Source of the DNA: Paraspadella gotoi
Lineage: Eukaryota; Animalia; Chaetognatha
DNA: 7,510 nucleotides
Assembly (NCBI GenBank): GCA_051294375.1
Contig: JBJCIZ010001289.1
Span: 1 to 7,510 of the forward strand
Reading direction: 5' to 3'
The position numbers were made by a program, and so were the translations under genes. Under the pieces are notes generated by a model. That model was not told where the DNA came from, ran no database searches, and was given only the letters and a program-made list of their open reading frames with translations. Of the stretch, positions 1 through 6,113 are shown piece after piece. Each line of letters opens with the position of its first letter. Position 1 is the stretch's first letter.

Positions 1-140
1 CGATCGATCGCCGTTCTTTTTATTTAATCGAGCGGAGAATTGAGCGTGCGATTAATAAAAAAATTGCTGAGTAGAGGCACATAGAGCATTTAATGACAAT
101 AAATGTGAACAGACAAGAAAAGACATGTCAAATAGCGAGA

Positions 141-715
141 TCATGACAACCATACAACAAAGTGACCAACTAGGGTTAACCCCGTAGTGACGAAACCTTC
201 ATCGCCATATCCCCGCCCCCCGAAAATAGTCCGAAGGATGTTCTTCTTGGCGTGTTGGTCGGCTTTGTCCAGGAGAGACGAAATGACCTTTTTTGGTCCT
301 AAGAGTTGGCAATTGTCGTTTCTAAATGCGCGTCGCTGCACAGACTGCGGCATAGGACCCTTGCGTAGTTGGACGAAATGAAAATTGAGGTTCCGGGAAC
401 TGATTTAATGGTGCCGGCCGATGATGCAGAGGTATCGGCCGAGTGTGCGGCAGGGCTGGCCGTTTTTGGTGCCACCAGAGGAGGCTGAGGATAAGGCCGA
501 CGAAGAGGCGGAGAGGCCGGCCGTATAGGCCGTGGAGCTGGCCTTGCTTTGCCATCTCTGTTTTCCAGTGTCACCGGACGGCGCGAATTGCGGTGAGAGT
601 GGCACCCAGGAGGTTGTGATCCCCGTCGTCAAGAGATGTTGCGTATGGCATTGATGACGTCAATAGCAGCTGTCAATGCGTCTGCAATGTTTACTTCGCC
701 TTTTATTTTACTTAT
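141..715 (-). pseudogene. GC-rich coding-like segment of unknown identity (frameshifted exon or transposon remnant)
   Basis: GC-rich island in AT-rich context with overlapping short minus-strand ORFs. It is preceded on the minus strand by an acceptor-like TTTTCTTTTAG (about 716-726). No recognisable motif and no continuous frame. Confidence 0.2.
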
Positions 716-914
716 CTAAAAGAAAATTAAATAAATTTAATTTGGATAGTGATGAAGAGCTTAAAATCAGGTCAATTGAAGATAAGACATAACACTTTCA
801 TGTTCAGAAACGATCATTGAAAAATATTAACAAGTATGGCTTTTATTATGTGCAATACAATGCGCGCGATTAAAAACGACTTATGGTGGACTAAAATCCA
901 CCAACCGTTCATCA

Positions 915-987
915 GCGGCCAGTGGTGCCGGAGGCAAGTCATTCGCCTTCCAACCGAAAGGTCCGGGGTTCTAGTCCGGTTGTCGCC
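915..987 (+). pseudogene. tRNA-Gly(TCC)-derived sequence (SINE head) with Pol III A/B-like boxes
   Basis: A-box-like TGGTGCCGGAGG 923-934 and B-box-like GGTTCTAGTCC 967-977. Anticodon arm TTCGC-CTTCCAA-CCGAA 942-958. Acceptor-like GCGGC(915-919)/GTCGC(982-986). Stems are imperfect, so it is unlikely to be a functional tRNA. Confidence 0.7.
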
Positions 988-989
988 TA

Positions 990-1063
990 GCAGTTAAGAG
1001 GGACGTGGCGCTTAACCCGCCTGTAACACTGGGTTACAGCCTGATCCGAAGCTTAGGGACTGC
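990..1063 (+). ncRNA. Twister ribozyme, type P5 (slightly degenerate)
   Basis: P5 GCAGTT(990-995)/GACTGC(1058-1063); GA 1002-1003; UAA 1013-1015; GC 1019-1020; P3 CTGTAAC/GTTACAG; P4 CCTGA/TTAGG; L4 T-CCG-AA-GC 1045-1052. Deviations: the T1 partner is CGT rather than CGG, P2 is GAGG/CCC, and P1 is weak. Confidence 0.7.
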
Positions 1064-1067
1064 TTAT

Positions 1068-1193
1068 TAACTTTTAGTTCTCTCAAAAAAATTCCTTTTT
1101 TCCTTCTATTACTAAATCGATTTTCAATGAAACTTTTTGAATTAGTTCATTGGGTTGTTGCACTGAAGCTTTTAAATATTTATTAATATATAA
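1068..1193 (-). repeat. Dispersed AT-rich repeat, inverted copy of 5994-6113
   Basis: TTTTTGAATTAGTTCATTGG(G)TTGTTGCACTGAAGCTTTTAAATATTTATTAATATATAA is the reverse complement of the 5994-6052 stretch, and similarity continues to 6113. Confidence 0.85.
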
Positions 1194-1204
1194 CAAATAA
1201 CAAA

Positions 1205-1367
1205 ATAATTTACTTTGTCGGTCCGTCGGCCCGCCCCCTCAATATTGTTGGGCACTCACTTATATCATGTCAGAACATCGAATTATGATAAATTATGCAA
1301 AAAAAAAACGATATCCGTCCGTCCGTCTGGAATCATTTGAGTGGAAATGAGTTTAAATGGAAAAAAA
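1205..1367 (-). mobile_element. Partial HINE/DINE-1-like element, inverted relative to 3293-3795
   Basis: 1205-1327 is the reverse complement of about 3650-3786 (shared TGTCAGAACATCGAATTATGATAAATTATGCAAAAAA and GTCC repeats). 1340-1367 is the reverse complement of the core motif TTTTTTCCATTTAAACTCATTTCCACT. Confidence 0.6.
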
Positions 1368-1673
1368 CAAAAAACCTGTTTCACTAATTGATTATGCTTT
1401 TTTTCCTTTTATATTAAATGTAAATGCAGGATGTATTAATAAATCAAATAATTAATCAATTAATTAATCAATTAGTCAATTAATTAATCAATAATTAATT
1501 AATCAGTCAATTAAGTCAATTGTTATCAACATTATTCTCATTGTCGTCATTGCTTTTATCGTGGTTAGTGAGGAAAAAACCTAAAAACAAACATTTGGGA
1601 TCAAATTAATTAATTAATTACCTAATTAAATAATTAACTTGAATTATTTAATTATTAATGAATTAATTACCGA

Positions 1674-1718
1674 TAATGATCGTGGGCACATCCGACATTG
1701 TTTGCTCAAACTTGTTTT
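1674..1718 (-). repeat. Dispersed repeat, inverted copy of 5524-5567
   Basis: ATCCGACATTGTTT(T)GCTCAAACTTGTTT versus AAACAAGTTTGAGCAAACAATGTCGGAT. Both copies sit next to (TAAT)n low-complexity tracts. Confidence 0.8.
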
Positions 1719-1743
1719 TAAAAAATGGTATTTTTTAAGAACG

Positions 1744-1963
1744 GATTCCTATAGAGCTTGAAAAGTTAAGTTAAGTTATTACTACAATTTTTTTAAATTT
1801 TGACAATAAATTGGTTAAAAATAGAAAAAACCTTAAAAAATCATCATCATCATCATCATTGGCTGAATTTCATAGTTTTTTAAAATTTTCATCAATAAAA
1901 CCAAAAAAATTTAAAAATTTGTATTAATAACCTTTATCTAACTTTTCAAGCTCTATCAGAATC
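1744..1963. repeat. Fold-back (MITE-like) imperfect inverted repeat
   Basis: Arms at about 1744-1801 and 1906-1963 (ATAGAGCTTGAAAAGTTA / TAACTTTTCAAGCTCTAT, plus GTTATTACTACAA / TTGTATTAATAAC). A (TCA)6 tract lies near the centre at 1841-1858. Confidence 0.7.
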
Positions 1964-2446
1964 TAATAAAAAAAAATAATAAAACAATTTTAACTTTATA
2001 TAGTAATAAAATAATTTTTAAATGCTTCCGTGCGCTAATTAATAAGATAAATTTTAAAAATTATTTTCATTTTCATTATCTCTAACAGTCACTTAACCAT
2101 TATTTATTTGAGAGAACTTCTAGTTTTCAACCTGTTCCGGCCTACTGCTTATATTGAACGGTTCTGTCATTAATACATAACAATAATCACTGTATCTTCA
2201 GACTTATTGTTTTGAAAACATCCACGACGCCTTGTAGTTGCTTAAAATTTTAATTGTTTTCATTGTATGACGCAGAGACAGATCACGCTTAATTTCATGT
2301 GCAAAAAAAAAAATTATCGGTTATTGAATTTACTTTGTCTGACCATTTGTACTAACAAGCCAACCCTTCCTAACAGTTATGCTGGACAAATACATGCAAA
2401 TATGATACAGTAAAATACAGTTGTAAAAAGTTGAAATTTGGACTAG

Positions 2447-2700
2447 TGTGCGGTTAATTCACACTGCCTCACGTCCACCATCCTTCAGCCAAATCCATTG
2501 GCTCAGAGGGGGAACACACCATCCCAGGCGTAGTGTTCCATCCACAGTCCTAACGACTTCCCTCTGCGTTGGCAAAGCGGAGACCGTCCTAGGGTAACCG
2601 CGCCAGTGACTGGAGGCGTCACTGAGGGTCGGAAGCCCCCAAAGCCAACAGTGAATGCCCCATCCCAATGGGCATCACAGGCAACCCGGCTGTTGCCATA
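2447..2700 (+). repeat. 5' LTR (254 bp)
   Basis: Aligns along its full length with 2896-3137. Begins TGTGCG, ends GTTGCCATA. Confidence 0.85.
2568..2649 (+). ncRNA. Twister ribozyme, type P5, in 5' LTR; predicted cleavage U2595/A2596
   Basis: P5 GTTGGC(2568-2573)/GCCAAC(2644-2649); P2 GCGG(2577-2580)/CCGC(2598-2601); GA 2582-2583 preceded by one extra A; T1 CCG(2584-2586)/CGG(2630-2632); short P1 hairpin TC-CTAG-GG; UAA 2595-2597; GC 2602-2603; P3 CAGTGAC/GTCACTG; P4 GGG/CCC; L4 T-CGG-AA-GC. Confidence 0.8.
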
Positions 2701-2703
2701 AGT

Positions 2704-2712
2704 TGGTGAGCC
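2704..2712 (+). promoter_or_regulatory. Candidate primer-binding site (PBS)
   Basis: TGGTGAGCC starts 3 nt after the LTR end, and TGG complements tRNA CCA. It is compatible, with one G-U pair, with a tRNA 3' end GGCUCGCCA as in vertebrate tRNA-Arg(ACG). The tRNA assignment is tentative. Confidence 0.55.
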
Positions 2713-2895
2713 CTACTATCAACAACGCAACCTTCTCAAGGTTACGCTACGACAACGCATATTGCCCCTGGGTACGCTACGACAAACGCCTACCCCCACA
2801 ACTCAGCGCCTCTCTCTCTCTTGCCCACTATGTTAACAGTCTTGTCAGACACCTCTCAGGCTTGAGGAACCTGAGTGATGTCTTGGCCGGGATCC

Positions 2896-3137
2896 TGTGC
2901 GTATATTTCACACTGCTCACGTCCACCATCCTTCAGGCCAAATTCCATTGGCTCAGAGGGGAACACACCATCCCAGGCGTAGTGTTCCATCCGACTTCCC
3001 CTCTGCTTGGCAAAGCGAAGACCGTCCTAGGGTAACCGGCCAGTGACTGGAGCGTCACTTGAGGTCGGGAACCCCAAAGCCAACAGGCAGATGCCCATCC
3101 CAACATGGCAATCACAGGCAACCCGGCTGTTGCCATA
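2896..3137 (+). repeat. 3' LTR (242 bp)
   Basis: Copy of 2447-2700 with an 11-bp deletion (ACAGTCCTAAC) and many single-base indels. Confidence 0.85.
3007..3083 (+). ncRNA. Twister ribozyme, type P5, in 3' LTR (degenerate as read); predicted site U3033/A3034
   Basis: Homologous to 2568-2649 and keeps GA-CCG-TCCTAGGG-TAA, P3 AGTGAC/GTCACT and P5 TTGGC/GCCAA. P2 is disrupted and L4 reads TCGGGAAC, lacking AAGC. Confidence 0.6.
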
Positions 3138-3292
3138 CTAGATACTTTCTTTCTCTGAATTCTTAAACCATAAGCCATAAACGAGTAAGACGATGGGTAC
3201 AATTGAAAGTGATATGTCTCTAGATGATAAAAAATTTTTCTTTAGTTTTTATTCGAAAAGAAAGATTTACAAACAATAGTAAGCATAAATAA

Positions 3293-3795
3293 TAAAGATT
3301 CAAGTAAATGTGACTTATTTTTTTTCCATTTAAACTCATTTCCACTGGCACAATTCCATCAAAACTTTACATCTAGCTTCTTCACACACTTTCCTACCCA
3401 CACACAAAATTTCATCTCAATCTATCCATCCAATTATGATAAATTAGAGTAATTATTGGTTAAAATAAGTAAAAAGATTTTAGTAAATGCTATTTATTTT
3501 TTTTTCCATTTAAACTCATTTTTGTTCGCACTATTCCATCGAAACTTTATATTCGGCTTCATCACACACTCCTACCCAAACACAAAATTTTATTTCAATC
3601 CGACCATCCAATAACGAGTAATTGGAGTTTTTTGCTAAGGTGGGATGGATGGACGGACGGACGGACAAACGGAAGGACAGACATCGTTTTTTTGCATAAT
3701 TTATCATAATTCGATGTTCTGACAAGATAAAATGATTTACCGACAAGATTCAGGGTGCGGACCGACGGACCGACAAAGTGAATTATAGAGTCGCG
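3293..3795 (+). mobile_element. HINE/DINE-1-like (Helentron-associated) non-autonomous element
   Basis: Two tandem core repeats of about 179 bp (AAAGATT..AGTAAATG at 3294 and 3473; shared TTCCATTTAAACTCATTT, CCTACCCA.ACACAAAATTT). These are followed by a GGAT/GGAC microsatellite at 3643-3682 and the end ..GACAAAGTGAATTATAGAGTCGCG. The family call rests on architecture only, and the terminal hairpin is incomplete. Confidence 0.55.
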
Positions 3796-4238
3796 ATCCA
3801 CTGAAAGCAGAAAATATCAATCCAATGTCAGGAATGTTAAAATACAAATAAAAAAAATTTTGAACGACATCAGCCAAAGTTTTTTTTTAAAGAAAACAGA
3901 GCAAACAAATAATTACGGGAAGGGTTGCAAAAGGTTTCTATGTTAAATTTTTCCCCTTTTTTTCTGAAAAAAGAAAGGAAAGACAACAATTTAATATATC
4001 GCGAAGAAAAATCAATTGTCAAAATGAGATTGATATTGATTTTGTCATAAAAGTCGATAAAAGTAGATTGTCGAGAATGAAGATTTTATTATAGGAAAGT
4101 TTAAGTTAAACAACAAGTATACAATAAATAAAATAAAAGTTAACAATAAATGCTTTTTTTTCTGGAAAGAAAATAAATAGACTGTGGCAGCAAGACTTAA
4201 AGCTGCCTCACTGCTGTCCGTCCTCAGCCTCGTCTCAA

Positions 4239-4292
4239 TGGCTGAGCAGGCTAAATCATCTTATTCCATCCGTGCGTCCCGGGTTCAATCCC
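4239..4292 (+). promoter_or_regulatory. tRNA-type Pol III internal promoter (A and B boxes) inside the solo LTR
   Basis: A box TGGCTGAGCAGG 4239-4250 and B box GGTTCAATCCC 4282-4292 at tRNA-like spacing (43 nt start to start). TTCCA lies at the anticodon-equivalent position. Confidence 0.65.
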
Positions 4293-4306
4293 TGGGTATC
4301 CCGGTT

Positions 4307-4386
4307 CTGGCTTAAATGTGACGGTGTCGGTATAAACATGCCATTGACAGGAGGCGGTCACTGAGGGTCCGCAGCCCCTCCGCCAG
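4307..4386 (+). ncRNA. Twister ribozyme, type P5, in solo LTR; predicted cleavage U4333/A4334
   Basis: P5 CTGGC(4307-4311)/GCCAG(4382-4386); P2 ATGT(4316-4319)/ACAT(4336-4339); GA 4320-4321; T1 CGG(4322-4324)/CCG(4369-4371); P1 TG-TCGG-TA; UAA 4333-4335; GC 4340-4341; P3 CATTGAC/GTCACTG with one mismatch; P4 AGGG/CCCT; L4 T-CCG-CA-GC (CA instead of AA). Confidence 0.85.
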
Positions 4387-4684
4387 TTGGTGAGATACCC
4401 CGCGCCCCGGGTATCACAGGCTATCCTCCCGTTGCCATAAGACAACAATTTTATGTGTTCGCGAGAATGAAAGGAATAACGATTGTGAATAATTAATAAT
4501 GTACATAATCAAGATTGATTTTTATTTAATGTTTAGATTATATGAATAGACTAAATATATTTATATTTTTAATTTTATTTACTTTTTTTATTTATTTAAT
4601 TTATTTATTCCTTCTTTTTATATATTTTTCTTATCATTTTTATTTATTATTATAGGAAAGACACAGTTAAACTTGTTTATAAAG

Positions 4685-4935
4685 TTAGTTGGGAGGGCCG
4701 CCGTCCCGATTTATCAAAAGGTTGGCGTTTTCCCTTTGAAGCGCTATGGTATGGATAGCCTTTGAAAGAAGTATTTGCATTCCAAAGCGTTTATTTTCCC
4801 CCAACGCCTTGCATGTTGGTGGGCGAAGGCTTTAAGAAAGGGCAGGGCTTCCTTGTCCCAGCCACCGAATGTCTCAACAATTAGTGGTTGGAAAAAGATT
4901 CCCTGTGTTTGACAGAGAGCAACATGGGCGTTCTG
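4685..4935 (-). pseudogene. 3' end of a CRE-clade-like non-LTR retrotransposon ORF (C-terminus of the restriction-like endonuclease), 5'-truncated
   Basis: Minus strand reads NAHVALCQTQGIFFQPLIVETFGGWDKEALPFLKAFAHQHARRWGKINALECKYFFQRLSI then ALQRENANLLINRDGGPPN*. The frame is broken by a 5-bp duplication TATGG-TATGG at 4745-4754. An A-rich tail follows (T-rich on + at about 4560-4650). F.P..VET.GGW and FQRLS.ALQR.NA are typical of CRE-like elements. Confidence 0.8.
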
Positions 4936-5256
4936 GAGTTAGGGAATTTTTGAGCTGAGGCGATCTTATAACAGTACTAAATATAATAGGAATTATGATT
5001 GGAGAAGAGAAAGTAATAGGAAAAAGCTGAAATTGGAAGATGGATGTTGAAGAATGTAAATTGTAAAATGGTCTCAAGCCAAGTTTTTTTCTGGTAAACA
5101 TACATCGCGTGCTCAGTTTCAGACCGGCAAGAAACAGTTAAAAATAATTAAAAATGAATTAGATATGAAAAAGCAAAGATATGCGATTTAACGAAAAAAA
5201 AAGGAAGAATCTAATTTAGTAAATGGTATTGTAATGAGATATGAAATATGAAATCT

Positions 5257-5260
<4 letters not shown>

Positions 5261-5306
<46 letters not shown>
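5261..5306. repeat. (GA)23 microsatellite
   Basis: Perfect dinucleotide tract. Confidence 0.98.
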
Positions 5307-5311
<5 letters not shown>

Positions 5312-5743
5312 TGAGGAAACGCTTCGCTTAACTGCTCAAATGAGGTCGATTTAGTTTATTAAAAGCCGAACGCAAACGAACATAAAAAAAAGGCAGAATA
5401 TCGTATTCGATTAAAAATCCAAATGCTAACGAAGGAAATAAGGCGTGAAAACTCTCGTCACGTTATCTGTGATTGCGAAGTGTGATTGGTGATTGGATGA
5501 AATCCAAAGGAGACATTTTGTAGAAACAAGTTTGAGCAAACAATGTCGGATCTGCCTACGATAATTAATTAATTAATTAATTAATCGATTAATTAATTAA
5601 TTTTAATATGTAATAATTAATTTTAAATTATATTCAACTTATCATCATCGATGTCCTTAAATTGGTTAGGACAGTTATTAAATATGTTTTGTTTACATTT
5701 TATCAAAACAAACAAATATCCTCTATTTTATTTTATGTCTCCT

Positions 5744-5818
5744 TCTCTCTCTCTCTCACTCACTCTCTCTCTCTCTCTTCTCTCTCTCTTTTTCTGCAAT
5801 TGCGACGATCTTTATGCT
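5744..5818 (+). repeat. (CT)n tract followed by motif AATTGCGACGATCTTTATGCT
   Basis: The same unit recurs at 6346-6366 and 6452-6472, each after a (CT)n tract. Confidence 0.85.
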
Positions 5819-5910
5819 TTTCAGATTTTTTTAACTTGCATCATTTTTTCACATTAATTAATTAATTAATTCATTAATTAATTAAAACATTTATTAGTAA
5901 TCATTAATAT

Positions 5911-5974
5911 TAAAGATTCAAGTAAATGTGACTTATGTTTTTTCCATCTAAACTCATTTCCCCTGGCACAATTC
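5911..5974 (+). repeat. Partial copy of the HINE-like core repeat
   Basis: TAAAGATTCAAGTAAATGTGACTTAT...AAACTCATTTCC.CTGGCACAATTC matches 3293-3356. Confidence 0.85.
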
Positions 5975-5993
5975 GTCAATACTTTATATATTA

Positions 5994-6113
5994 TTATATA
6001 TTAATAAATATTTAAAAGCTTCAGTGCAACAACCAATGAACTAATTCAAAAAGTTATATTGAAAATCGATTTAGTAGTAAAAGGAAAAAAAATTTAAAGA
6101 GAACTAGAAGTTA
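5994..6113 (+). repeat. Dispersed AT-rich repeat, inverted copy of 1068-1193
   Basis: Reverse-complement match to 1068-1193. Confidence 0.85.

Larger units (their letters stand above)
915..1063 (+). mobile_element. SINE-like element: tRNA-derived head fused to a twister ribozyme
   Basis: tRNA-like sequence at 915-987 is followed after 2 nt by a twister fold at 990-1063. No TSD or tail identified. Confidence 0.65.
2447..3137 (+). mobile_element. Non-autonomous miniature LTR retroelement (TRIM/retrozyme-like) with a twister ribozyme in each LTR
   Basis: Two direct repeats, 2447-2700 and 2896-3137, both TGTG...GTTGCCATA. 4-bp TSD CTAG at 2443-2446 and 3138-3141. The 195-bp non-coding interior starts AGT-TGGTGAGCC (PBS position). 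Confidence 0.85.
4183..4439 (+). mobile_element. Solo LTR (257 bp) of a related, divergent twister-bearing LTR family
   Basis: 4-bp TSD AGAC at 4179-4182 and 4440-4443. Imperfect terminal inverted repeat TGTGGCAGC...GTTGCCATA. Shares collinear blocks with 2447-2700 (CTGCCTCAC, CAGCC, TGGCT, TTCCATCC, GGAGGCG, GTCACTGAGGGTC, ATCACAGGC, GTTGCCATA). Confidence 0.85.

Noticed and set aside
884-903. 7-bp hairpin TGGTGGA-CTAAAA-TCCACCA just upstream of the tRNA-like head
   Set aside because: Single occurrence with no counterpart in the LTR copies, so it could be chance.
915-987. Functional tRNA-Gly gene
   Set aside because: The D, T and acceptor stems have mismatches and the B box deviates (GGTTCTAG). 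It is better read as a tRNA-derived head.
1072-1075. TTTT as the Pol III terminator of the tRNA-twister element
   Set aside because: It falls inside the separate repeat 1068-1193, whose other copy reads AACTTCTAGTT at this position, so it cannot be attributed to the element.
2622-2643. CTGAGGG...CAAA as a variant hammerhead core in the LTRs
   Set aside because: It lacks CUGANGA and GAAA, and the twister P3-P4-L4 fold explains the segment with covariation.
2743-2789. CRISPR-like repeat-spacer pattern
   Set aside because: Only two 13-bp repeats 30 bp apart inside a eukaryotic retroelement, with no cas genes.
2847-2883. Possible HDV-like ribozyme on the minus strand (loop TTCCTCAAG)
   Set aside because: Only a simple hairpin. 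I could not build the nested P1/P1.1/P2/P4 double pseudoknot.
2459-3202. ORFs 2459-2668(-), 2655-3035(+) and 2933-3202(-), and likewise 4251-4448(-)
   Set aside because: They overlap structured LTR sequence, have no gag/pol motifs, and indels between LTR copies do not preserve the frames.
3980-4110. Short similarities to 4440-4470 (AGACAACAATTT) and 4646-4671 (TTATTATAGGAAAG....AGTTAAAC)
   Set aside because: Short AT-rich matches that suggest an old local duplication, but I could not define a unit or boundaries.
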